From contig JBMNIH010000004.1 in assembly GCA_050950825.1 (NCBI GenBank), positions 64,001 to 128,000 of the forward strand: DNA of 64,000 bases. Reading direction: 5' to 3'. Made by a program: the position numbers and the translations under genes. The stretch comes from Clostridia bacterium (GTDB taxonomy: Bacteria > Bacillota > Clostridia > JAAYHZ01). The first letter of the stretch is position 1. Each line of letters begins with the position of its first letter. This document shows positions 29,341-38,558 of this stretch, in pieces. Under the pieces are notes generated by a model that had not been told where the DNA came from, ran no database searches, and was given only the letters and a program-made list of their open reading frames with translations.

Positions 29341-32217
29341 ATGAAAAAAATTGCTGCTACACTTTTAACGTTTTCCGTTATATTTATTATATTGGTCCCC
29401 TGTTATGCCGCCGATAAAAACATCAGTTGGACCGATGAAGAACTTACCTTTATGAACCGTCATCCGGTCATCCGAGTAGGAGTAGATGAAGGCTTTGTTC
29501 CCTTTGAGTTCATTGGCGATACCGGTGAACATAAAGGAATTGCAGCGGATTATCTTTCTTTGATCAGCGAGATAACGGGTCTTACCTTTGAAGTAGTTAT
29601 CGGGGATAATTGGTCGGAAACATACGAGATGGCTTTGGCGGGAGAAGTCGACCTTTTGGCTGCCATCGGAAAGACACCGGAAAGAGAAAAAAACTTCCTT
29701 TTTTCCGACCCCTATTGCTTCTTTAAAAGGGTAATCGTAACGCGAGAGACGGATACGGATATTACGGATATGAAGGATCTTGAAGGGTTGACCGTAGCCG
29801 TTCAGCGAGGCAGCTCCCACCACAGCTATTTGTTATCTTATCCGAAAATCAACCTCAGTCTTTACGATACCGCCGAAGCCGCACTGTCGGCGGTGGCAAC
29901 CGGTTCGGAAAAAGCCCATATCGGCAATCTGACCTCGGTCAATTATTTGGCACACCTGAACGGTCTTACGAATCTTCGTTATGTAGCCTTTGAAGCCGAG
30001 AAGCAGCAAGCGATTCATATGGCCGTCAATAAAAAATTTCCGGAGTTAGTCGGAATTTTAAACAAAGCCTTGCAGGCCATACCGGAAAAAGAAAGGCTGG
30101 CCATCAACAGCGAATGGATGGATTTGGATAACAAAATCGACTACGGACCGATTATCCGCATCGTTACCATCTTCGGAGCGGTTGTCGTAGTCGCTTTATT
30201 TGTTTCATTTTTTTGGGTCATTCGTTTAAAGAAAGAAATCAAACAAAGAAAGCAAATCCAAGCGGATTTGGAAATCGAGAAGCAAAAATCCGACGAGGCC
30301 AATGAATTTAAGTCCATCTTTTTGGCGAGAATGTCGCATGAAATACGAACCCCCCTTAACGCCATCACAGGTATGTCGTACCTTTTGAAAAAAACCGATT
30401 TATCCGTAACACAAAGAATGTATATTGACTGCATTGTCCAAGCATCCAATCATATGTTGAGTATCATCAACGATATTTTGGACTTTTCGAAAATTGAAGC
30501 CGGAAAAGTGGAGCCGGATGTGGCATCCTTTAGTTTGGACCATTTGATTCAAGATGTGGTCAACATTGTTTCGTATAAAATCGAAGAGCAGAACATTGCT
30601 TTTCACTTGGTGAAAGAACCCAATGTTCCCAACTGGTTCTTCGGAGATTCCAAGCGGATCGAACAAATCCTATTGAACATCTTAAACAATGCGGTAAAGT
30701 TTACGAATGCCGGGGAAGTGTCTTTAAGCGTCCGTTTGGTGGCCAAAGAAAACGACATCCACTATATCTCCTTCACCGTAAAGGATACCGGAATCGGCAT
30801 GACGGAGGAGCAAATAAGCAGGCTGTTTAAACCCTTTGTTCAAGTGGACAGCAGCATCAGCCGCCGATTCGGAGGTACCGGATTGGGACTGACCATCGTA
30901 AAAAGCCTTGTGGATCTGATGGGAGGAGAAATCAAGGTATTCAGCACTCCCAACGAAGGCTCCACCTTTATTATTCGCTTGCCCTTAACCGTTGACGGGG
31001 AAAAAGAAGAGCTATCCGCTAAAACCATGTCGGGAAAAAGCTTAGAGGATTTTAAGACCCTGGTTTTGGAAAAAATAACGGAAAGCATTCCCGTGATAGA
31101 AGGGTATTTAAAGGGCTTCGGCATGCAAAGCGAATTTACCGGATCCGAATCCAGCGCCATGAGTATTCTGGAAGGAGCGAATAATAAAAGGAACGGGGCT
31201 TTTGATCTTCTCATCATCGACGTGAACACGGCGGCGGAGGAAACCTTCCGTTTTGTCGAGGCTATAAAAAGGAATTCGAAAATTATATATCCTCCGAAAA
31301 TATTGGTTTTTCTTCCGATGAATCGGGTGGATTTATTCGAAAGGCTGGACAAGCACGGTATCGACATGGGAATCAGCAAGCCCATCATACCTTCCGTTTT
31401 ATTAAACGGAATATTGGATGTACTCAAATTAAGGGAAATGCCGAAAACGTCCGTTTCCCTTCGGGAGGAGGACGATTCGCATAAGCCTTTAAAGTCGTAT
31501 TACATCCTGTTAGCGGAGGATAACAAGACCAACCGGATGATGGTAACCTCTCTTTTGCAAAAAGAAGGGATCGAATGCATCATAGCGGAGGACGGGAAGG
31601 AAGCGGTAGAACAATTTAAACAACACCAAGAGAAAATCAAGCTGGTGTTAATGGATTTGCATATGCCGGTTATGAACGGATACGAGGCTTCGAGAGAAAT
31701 ACGAAAAATGTCGGAGGATATTCCCATTGTGGCCATGACGGCGGACGTGATTCCGGGTGTGCGGGAAAAATGCGCAGAATGCGGAATACGCCACTACATC
31801 AGCAAGCCTTTGAACCCCGAACGGTTTATACAAATGATGAAGGAAATGGTTATAGAAAAAGACGAAGCGGTCACGGAAGACATCCGAGTCCTTGATCAAG
31901 CGGCAGGGCTTCGAAACATGGGTGAAGACAAAAGCTTGTACCTTCAAGTATTAAACGAGTATTACCATGAGAACCAAGATACGACGGGAAAAATTGGTTT
32001 GGCATTAAAAGAAAAAAGATACAAAGACGCCGCACAAATGGCGCATAAAATAAAGAGCAGTACGGGCAGCATCGGCGCAAAGTCATTGTATGATGTTGCG
32101 GCCGCCCTGCAAAAAGCGATACAAAACGAAAAAATGGAAGAAGTGAAACCCTTATACGACCGTTTTGCGCTGTATTTGAGTAAACTCCTTGAGGAAATCA
32201 AGGGAATTCAAATTTAA
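29341..32217 (+). CDS. Hybrid (BvgS/EvgS-like) sensor histidine kinase: solute-binding domain, HisKA, HATPase, pseudo-receiver, receiver, HPt
   Basis: PVIRVGVD..VPFEF, FLARMSHEIRTPLN, NNAVKFT, DTGIG, GTGLGL, LMDLHMPVMNG, AHKIKSSTGSIGA. Confidence 0.95.
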   Translation: MKKIAATLLTFSVIFIILVPCYAADKNISWTDEELTFMNRHPVIRVGVDEGFVPFEFIGDTGEHKGIAADYLSLISEITGLTFEVVIGDNWSETYEMALAGEVDLLAAIGKTPEREKNFLFSDPYCFFKRVIVTRETDTDITDMKDLEGLTVAVQRGSSHHSYLLSYPKINLSLYDTAEAALSAVATGSEKAHIGNLTSVNYLAHLNGLTNLRYVAFEAEKQQAIHMAVNKKFPELVGILNKALQAIPEKERLAINSEWMDLDNKIDYGPIIRIVTIFGAVVVVALFVSFFWVIRLKKEIKQRKQIQADLEIEKQKSDEANEFKSIFLARMSHEIRTPLNAITGMSYLLKKTDLSVTQRMYIDCIVQASNHMLSIINDILDFSKIEAGKVEPDVASFSLDHLIQDVVNIVSYKIEEQNIAFHLVKEPNVPNWFFGDSKRIEQILLNILNNAVKFTNAGEVSLSVRLVAKENDIHYISFTVKDTGIGMTEEQISRLFKPFVQVDSSISRRFGGTGLGLTIVKSLVDLMGGEIKVFSTPNEGSTFIIRLPLTVDGEKEELSAKTMSGKSLEDFKTLVLEKITESIPVIEGYLKGFGMQSEFTGSESSAMSILEGANNKRNGAFDLLIIDVNTAAEETFRFVEAIKRNSKIIYPPKILVFLPMNRVDLFERLDKHGIDMGISKPIIPSVLLNGILDVLKLREMPKTSVSLREEDDSHKPLKSYYILLAEDNKTNRMMVTSLLQKEGIECIIAEDGKEAVEQFKQHQEKIKLVLMDLHMPVMNGYEASREIRKMSEDIPIVAMTADVIPGVREKCAECGIRHYISKPLNPERFIQMMKEMVIEKDEAVTEDIRVLDQAAGLRNMGEDKSLYLQVLNEYYHENQDTTGKIGLALKEKRYKDAAQMAHKIKSSTGSIGAKSLYDVAAALQKAIQNEKMEEVKPLYDRFALYLSKLLEEIKGIQI

Positions 32218-32240
32218 GGTAAACTGCTTATGGAAGGAAA

Positions 32241-34745
32241 ATGAACATGGATATCAATATCTTGGTAGTGGAGGATTCAGCCCCCGATCGTTTAATGATA
32301 AGCAGCATACTGAAAGACTACAACGTCCTGATGGCTCGAGACGGCAAGGAGGCCTTGGAGATACTGGACAAGCACGAGGATATCAGTCTGCTTGTTCTTG
32401 ATTTAAACATGCCCGTGATGAACGGGTTTGAAGTTTTGGAAACGCTAAAATCCCATAAAAAGCATAAGAATCTACGTACCATCATATTAACCGTATTTGA
32501 CGAAGCCGAAAATGAAATTAAAGGCTTGAAGCTGGGTGCCGTCGATTATATCCGCAAACCGATCCATAAGGAGACCTTCAAAGCAAGGATCGACATTCAT
32601 ATCGACCTTTTACGCTACCAAAGGGCTTTAGAGGCGAAATTCGAAGAGCAAAAGAATACGTTGGATATGATTATACGGCAAGCGCCCATCGGTATATTGA
32701 TTTCATACAGCGACGAAATGTATCATTCCAACGGTAACACCGTCATACAAGTCAATTCGGTTCTGGAGCAAATTGTGGGAAGGACGGAAGAAGAGATCGC
32801 GTCGTTAGGCTGTGAAAATCTAACCCACCCCGAAGATCGGGAAAGAGAGAAAAAGTATTTTGAAAAGCTGTACAGCGGAGCCATAAAGAAGTTTACCATG
32901 GAAAAGCGTATGATCAAGCCGGACGGATCCGTCGTATGGGTGGATATGATTGCCGCGGCTCTGAATGTTTCCGGCAATAAGAAATACAATCATATTTGCT
33001 TGGTTCAAGATATAACGGAGCGCAAAAACATGGAAAAAGCGCTGCGGGAGAGCGAGCGCAGCAAGTCCGTGCTTTTGTCCCATCTTCCGGGTTTGGCTTA
33101 CCGCTGCAAATATGATCGCGATTGGACGATGCAGTATGTCTCCTCCGGTTGCTATGGTCTTACCGGATATCCCGCCGAAAGCCTTTTGTATAACCGAGAT
33201 ATTACATACAACGACATCATCGCACCGGAATATCGGGATCTGCTGTGGGATTTATGGCAGCAGCTTATTCCGGAGCGAAAGCCTTTCAAATACGAATACG
33301 AGATTATTACCGCCGACGGAGAAAGAAAATGGGTTTTAGAGGCGGGGCAAGGTATCTACAACGACAAGGGCGAAGTGGAAGCTCTTGAAGGAATTATTCT
33401 CGATATATCGGACCGCAAAAAAATAGAAAACGACTTAAGATACGTTAACGAACACGACGGCTTGACGGGGCTGTATAACCGCCGCGTTTTGGAAAACATA
33501 TTGAAAAAAGACGCCGTTGCGTTAAGCGACAGGAAGCGTGCCGTCATCAGCGTGAATTTAAGCACGGTTCAGTCCTTAACCCGCAGCTACGGCTTCCATT
33601 ATACCCAAGACATTATAGAAAAGGCGGCTCGCGAGCTGGAAAAGCTGTGCTCGGAAACGCGCCTTCTGTTCATCTCCTATTGGGACCGGTTTGTTTTCTA
33701 CATGAGGGAGTACAATGACAAGAAGGAAATCATCGATTTTTGCGCAGATATTAAGGAAACCTTGGATGCCCTTTTGAGGACGGAAAGAATCGACTACGGA
33801 ATCGGGGTCGTTCAAATTGATTCTATGCATCACTTTGATATTGACGAGCTATTGAAAAAGCTCCTGATCGCATCGGAAAAATCCTTAAACTCCGACCAGC
33901 CGGAGCTTACGCCTTGTTTTTACGGTAAAGAGATTGAAATGGAGATCTTAAGGGAAGAAGAGATCAAACGGGAGCTTGCCAATATTGCCAATAACGACGA
34001 TGAAGGAGATTGCCACCTTTATTTGCAGTACCAGCCGATTATGGATTTAAAGTCCGATCGAATCAGCGGCTTCGAGGCTTTGGCCCGATTGAAATGCAGC
34101 CGGTTGGGTTTGGTATCTCCCTTGGAATTCATACCTTTGGCGGAAGAAACAAAGCTCATTGTACCCATCGGATGGAAAATTATGCGGAAAGCTTTGCTTT
34201 TCCTAAAACGGATCGAATCCATGGGGTATGAAGGAATATCCGTCAGCGTCAATGTTTCCGTCATTCAGCTTTTGAAGAACGATTTCGTGGAAAAGCTTTT
34301 CGGGCTCATAAACGAATTGCAGGTATCTCCGAAGCATATCGGCATCGAGATAACGGAGTCGGTATTTTCCGACAACTATAACGAGGTAAACCAAATCATC
34401 AATCAACTGAGAGATGCCGGGCTTTATGTTGCCATCGACGATTTCGGGAAAGGGTATTCCTCTTTGGCTCGAGAACGGGAGTTGAACGTAGACTACCTGA
34501 AAATAGACAAGCACTTTATCGACAAATTGATAAAAGCATACCCGGAAAATGCCATCACAAGTGATATTATTTCCATGGCGCATAAGCTGGGCCATTTCAC
34601 CATTGCCGAAGGCGTGGAAGACGAAAGGCAGATTCAATATCTTAAGAAATGGAACTGCGATAAGATTCAAGGCTTCTTTATCGGAGTGCCCTTGGATGAG
34701 GAGCTAGCCATCGAGTTTCTCGTAAGGACATACAAATCCGATTAA
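32241..34745 (+). CDS. REC-PAS-PAS-GGDEF(degenerate)-EAL protein, probable c-di-GMP phosphodiesterase
   Basis: LDLNMPVMNG; two PAS/PAC; HDGLTGLYNR but YWDRF at the GGDEF position; EALAR, EITE, DDFGKGYSS, KIDK, EGVE, QG. Confidence 0.92.
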   Translation: MNMDINILVVEDSAPDRLMISSILKDYNVLMARDGKEALEILDKHEDISLLVLDLNMPVMNGFEVLETLKSHKKHKNLRTIILTVFDEAENEIKGLKLGAVDYIRKPIHKETFKARIDIHIDLLRYQRALEAKFEEQKNTLDMIIRQAPIGILISYSDEMYHSNGNTVIQVNSVLEQIVGRTEEEIASLGCENLTHPEDREREKKYFEKLYSGAIKKFTMEKRMIKPDGSVVWVDMIAAALNVSGNKKYNHICLVQDITERKNMEKALRESERSKSVLLSHLPGLAYRCKYDRDWTMQYVSSGCYGLTGYPAESLLYNRDITYNDIIAPEYRDLLWDLWQQLIPERKPFKYEYEIITADGERKWVLEAGQGIYNDKGEVEALEGIILDISDRKKIENDLRYVNEHDGLTGLYNRRVLENILKKDAVALSDRKRAVISVNLSTVQSLTRSYGFHYTQDIIEKAARELEKLCSETRLLFISYWDRFVFYMREYNDKKEIIDFCADIKETLDALLRTERIDYGIGVVQIDSMHHFDIDELLKKLLIASEKSLNSDQPELTPCFYGKEIEMEILREEEIKRELANIANNDDEGDCHLYLQYQPIMDLKSDRISGFEALARLKCSRLGLVSPLEFIPLAEETKLIVPIGWKIMRKALLFLKRIESMGYEGISVSVNVSVIQLLKNDFVEKLFGLINELQVSPKHIGIEITESVFSDNYNEVNQIINQLRDAGLYVAIDDFGKGYSSLARERELNVDYLKIDKHFIDKLIKAYPENAITSDIISMAHKLGHFTIAEGVEDERQIQYLKKWNCDKIQGFFIGVPLDEELAIEFLVRTYKSD

Positions 34746-35259
34746 GTTTAAGGCACCGATTGCAATTGTAAATGCGATTTCCGTCAAAACCATAGCGGCA
34801 GCCATCTCGAAACGGGCTCTCGGTAATTCACGGAAAAAGTCTTGAACTTTATAGCCGATAAAATGTCCAAGGATACCTTCGTCAATATTGCGAAGAGCCG
34901 GCTTAAAAGAATACAAGGAAACCCTTCCTCATGCAAGAAAATACGGTTTGCAAAAGGCTTAAGATGTAAGCCTTTCTTTTATCCTTCACGATGCGGTTAT
35001 CCAATTCTCCGAAGAAAAATGGGGAATATATCCCGGAATGTCACCCTTCGTACTTCATCGCCTCTTAAAACCGGATTTCATGAATCCGAAAGAAAAATGA
35101 AAAGAAAAAGCTTAAAATCCTCTTTAATTTTTCAATATTCATGATTTTATCAAATCAGACCTTTATTTACATGCATCGAATAGGAAGTATATAATGCTAG
35201 AAGAGAGATAAAAAATTGCAGGGCGGCATGCTCGGCTTTAACTGTAAGGGGGGAATCAT

Positions 35260-35871
35260 ACGGTAGGAATCTTAAGCATCGATTTTGATTATTTTATCGA
35301 CGTTTCCGCAAGGCAAAGGGATTTGTATTTTCCCGACGGAACGGAGGCCATACCGAAAGAACGGCTTTCCGCCATGTGGGATGCAAGATATGCAAGATTT
35401 CCGAGGCTTCGAAAAATCGGAGTGATCGGCGAATACTATTTTCTAAAAAGCTATCTCATGTCGGCGAACGTCAAAAAAGACTCTATCCATATAGCCGACA
35501 GCCATAAAAGCATAAGAGAAATCATCGAAGCGATACCCAAATCCCTCCCTATACGAATCGTCAATATCGACTTTCATCATGATTACTATCATTACTACAC
35601 GGACGGCGAATACTACAACTGCGGAAACTGGTTAAGAAGGGTCATTGAGGAAAGACCGGAAACGCAAGTGAAGTGGATCCGAAGAAAGGATTCCCAAACC
35701 TTAAGCTTGGAAGGAGAGTTTCCTTTTGAGCATACGACGGATATACAATCCGTAACCGGCGAAAAGTTTGATTACATATTCTTATGCAGGAGTCCGGAAT
35801 GGAGTCCGCCGCATTTGAGCGGCAAATTCAAGGAACTGATTTGGTTCTTCAGCCATGACATTCCGGCATAA
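35260..35871 (+). CDS. Arginase/deacetylase-fold (UPF0489-like) hypothetical protein with apparent ACG start
   Basis: ILSIDFDYF lies in frame upstream of the first canonical start (35323). Other motifs: DSH, NIDFHHD, NCGNW, CRSPEWSPPH. Confidence 0.65.
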   Translation, partial: TVGILSIDFDYFIDVSARQRDLYFPDGTEAIPKERLSAMWDARYARFPRLRKIGVIGEYYFLKSYLMSANVKKDSIHIADSHKSIREIIEAIPKSLPIRIVNIDFHHDYYHYYTDGEYYNCGNWLRRVIEERPETQVKWIRRKDSQTLSLEGEFPFEHTTDIQSVTGEKFDYIFLCRSPEWSPPHLSGKFKELIWFFSHDIPA

Positions 35872-35884
35872 ATATCGATTGTAT

Positions 35885-35925
35885 AAAGGCCGCTTTTTCC
35901 GATATAAAAGGAAGGCGGCTTTTTT
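35885..35925 (+). terminator. Rho-independent terminator
   Basis: gccgc/gcggc stem followed by a T run. Confidence 0.65.
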
Positions 35926-35953
35926 AAATTTTTTTTCAAATCTTTTTTCATTT

Positions 35954-35969
35954 TTTGACCCGGGTCAAA
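35954..35969. promoter_or_regulatory. Crp/Fnr (Flp-type) box upstream of the metal operon
   Basis: Perfect palindrome TTTGACCCGGGTCAAA (TTGA-N6-TCAA) ~20 bp upstream of a TACAAT -10. Confidence 0.65.
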
Positions 35970-36033
35970 TCTTTTTTAAGAAGATAAGGTTACAATATGT
36001 TCATAAAGAGCAAAGAAAAGTGAGGGATTCAAA

Positions 36034-36333
36034 ATGACAAACGCATTAAACAAAGCCGTGAAAAAGCACATGGATAAGTTGAATCTTTATGTACCGATCG
36101 TGGCAAGAGTTCACGGGAAACACCATACGGAGTTTTATGAAGTTCAAAAGCTGTTTGATGCGATCCGGGGAAAAATCAAGGATGCAAAAGACGACAAACC
36201 GGATCTCGATTCGGAATTCAAACGGTTAAGAGAGGTCACGGACAACTATACGGTTCCGAATGACGTTTGCGAAAGCTACGAAGCGGTGTACCTCATGCTT
36301 GCCGATTGGGATCGAGCTTATCAAGAAGATTAA
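36034..36333 (+). CDS. Small RIC/ScdA-like (iron-sulfur cluster repair, hemerythrin-like) protein
   Basis: VARVHG.HH.E and LREVTDNYTVPNDVCESY match the RIC C-terminal half. Confidence 0.75.
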   Translation: MTNALNKAVKKHMDKLNLYVPIVARVHGKHHTEFYEVQKLFDAIRGKIKDAKDDKPDLDSEFKRLREVTDNYTVPNDVCESYEAVYLMLADWDRAYQED

Positions 36334-36369
36334 TGAAGATACGAATCTTACGGGAAAGGAAGTGACGGT

Positions 36370-38220
36370 ATGCAAAGGTACATTTTGAAGAATAAGAACA
36401 AGATCGCTTTTCTCAGCGGTATCTTGATTGTGATCGGATTTTTATCGAATCGGTTATTTGGCCAAGAGGCGCTTTTAAAAGGAGCTTTGATCATCGCCTC
36501 CGTCTTGGGTTTGCTACCGATTGTCATACAGGCTTTTCAAGCTCTACGTGTGAAAGTCGTCAGTATCGACGTATTGGTCACCATTGCCGTTACCGGTGCC
36601 TTTGTCATACGAAACTTCGAAGAGGCCGCCATTGTTACTTTCCTGTTTCTCTTCGGTGCCTACTTGGAACAGCGGACCCTAAACAAAACCCGTTCCGCCA
36701 TTAAAAAGCTGACGGAAATGGCACCGGAAAGCGCTTTGAAAAGGACGGAGAACGGAGATTTTGAAGAAACAGACGTGGATGAGGTGGAGGTAGGAGACGT
36801 CCTCTTGGTGAAAACCGGAGCCAAGGTTCCTGTAGACGGTACCGTAATTTTAGGAGAAGGCAGCATAAACGAAGCGAGCATCACGGGGGAATCCCTTCCC
36901 GTAGCAAAGGAACCGGGCTCCAAGGTGTATGCAGGCACCATTATGGACAACGGGACGATCCAAATTACGGCCGACCGCGTAGGAGAAGACACCACCTTCA
37001 GCAAAATCATTGAGCTTGTGGAAGAGGCCCAAGATTCGAAATCGGAAGCGGAAAGATTCATCGACCGATTTTCCAAATACTACACGCCGGCGGTTCTTGT
37101 CCTTGGAGTTATCGTTTGGATCTTTTCCCGGAACACGGAACTAGCCATTACGATTTTAGTTCTCGGATGCCCCGGAGCGTTGGTGATCGGTGTTCCCGTA
37201 TCCAATGTTGCCGGAATCGGCAACGGAGCACGCCACGGAATTCTTTTAAAAGGAAGCGAGGTTATCGGTGATTTCAGCCGATTGGATACTATTGTTTTTG
37301 ACAAAACCGGAACCTTGACCGTAGGGAAGCCTTCCGTTGCGGAAAAAGAGTTTTACGGAGAAAATGTCGAAGAAGCGCTAAGCTACCTTGCAAGCGTGGA
37401 AAGGGAATCGGACCATCCCTTGGCCAAGGCGGTATTGGAAGATATCGGCGAAGCCTCAAATTACCCGGTTGAAAATACGGAAACGGTAAAAGGCGGCGGG
37501 ATTATTGCTACGGTCAACGGCCGAAGAATTGTCGTAGGCAACCCGGCTTTAATGGAAAGAGAAAATGTTCGGCTGAACGATAAAATGAAACAAGATATCG
37601 CCCGTTTTGAAAAGAACGGTAACTCCCTTGTTTTAACGGCGGTAGACGGTGAATTAAAGGTTTTGATGGGAGTTCGAGACCGTATACGGCCGGGAGTAAT
37701 AGAAGACTTGCAGAAGCTGAAAAAACTGAAGGTAAAAAACCTTATTATGCTGTCCGGAGACAACCAAGGCACCGTAGATGCCGTAAGCCGCGAGCTGGGA
37801 TTAACAAAAGCTTACGGAAACATGCTGCCGGAGGATAAGTCGGAGTATATAAAGAGGTTGATTGCGGAAGGAAGAAGGGTGGCTTTTGTCGGAGACGGCA
37901 TAAACGACAGTCCGTCGTTAGCCTTAGCCCATATCGGGATCGCCATGGGAGGCGGTACGGACGTAGCCATTGAAACGTCGGATGTGGTTTTAATGAATTC
38001 GGATTTTGGCAGACTTCCTCATGCCCTCGGATTAGCAAAAGCCACGGCCCGAAACATAAAGCAGAACATCGTCATTGCCGTAGGGGTTGTATTGGCGCTG
38101 TTAGCCGGTGTATTATTTAGTGACCGGGTAAACATGTCCGTCGGAATGTTCGTGCACGAAGCCAGCATATTGGTGGTCATTTTAAACGGTATGAGGCTTT
38201 TGAAGTACAGGTTAAGATAA
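36370..38220 (+). CDS. Heavy-metal P1B-type ATPase
   Basis: TGES, GCPGAL, DKTGT, SDHP, GDGIND, HEAS. Confidence 0.95.
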   Translation: MQRYILKNKNKIAFLSGILIVIGFLSNRLFGQEALLKGALIIASVLGLLPIVIQAFQALRVKVVSIDVLVTIAVTGAFVIRNFEEAAIVTFLFLFGAYLEQRTLNKTRSAIKKLTEMAPESALKRTENGDFEETDVDEVEVGDVLLVKTGAKVPVDGTVILGEGSINEASITGESLPVAKEPGSKVYAGTIMDNGTIQITADRVGEDTTFSKIIELVEEAQDSKSEAERFIDRFSKYYTPAVLVLGVIVWIFSRNTELAITILVLGCPGALVIGVPVSNVAGIGNGARHGILLKGSEVIGDFSRLDTIVFDKTGTLTVGKPSVAEKEFYGENVEEALSYLASVERESDHPLAKAVLEDIGEASNYPVENTETVKGGGIIATVNGRRIVVGNPALMERENVRLNDKMKQDIARFEKNGNSLVLTAVDGELKVLMGVRDRIRPGVIEDLQKLKKLKVKNLIMLSGDNQGTVDAVSRELGLTKAYGNMLPEDKSEYIKRLIAEGRRVAFVGDGINDSPSLALAHIGIAMGGGTDVAIETSDVVLMNSDFGRLPHALGLAKATARNIKQNIVIAVGVVLALLAGVLFSDRVNMSVGMFVHEASILVVILNGMRLLKYRLR

Positions 38221-38245
38221 CAAATACATAGGTAAACGGAGGTAG

Positions 38246-38479
38246 ATGATTATGAAGAAGGCAACCATTCAATTGGAAGCATTGGCGTGTCCGTCCTGCA
38301 TGCAAAAAATCGAAAATGCAGTGAAAGCTTTGGAGGGCATTGAAAAAGACACGGTAAAGGTGTTGTTTAACGCAAGCAAAGTAAAGTTCGATTTTAATGA
38401 AGAAAAAATATCCGTAGAAAAAGTTGAAAAAGCCATTACCGCCCTCGGCTATGAGGTTATAAAGACCCAAGTAAAATAA
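38246..38479 (+). CDS. HMA-domain metal chaperone (CopZ-like)
   Basis: LACPSC motif, 77 aa, ALGYEV. Confidence 0.9.
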   Translation: MIMKKATIQLEALACPSCMQKIENAVKALEGIEKDTVKVLFNASKVKFDFNEEKISVEKVEKAITALGYEVIKTQVK

Positions 38480-38498
38480 TTGATTATTCATAGACATA

Positions 38499-38531
38499 AA
38501 AAGACATTACGGAAAAACTGTAATGTCTTTT
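38499..38531. terminator. Bidirectional terminator
   Basis: aaaagacattac/gtaatgtctttt between convergent genes. Confidence 0.75.
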
Positions 38532-38558
38532 AATTATGATTCGCTGTTTTAATTATCG

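Noticed and set aside
34842-35144. 100-aa ORF in the ORF track
   Set aside because: TTG start without RBS, basic low-information sequence, no motif.
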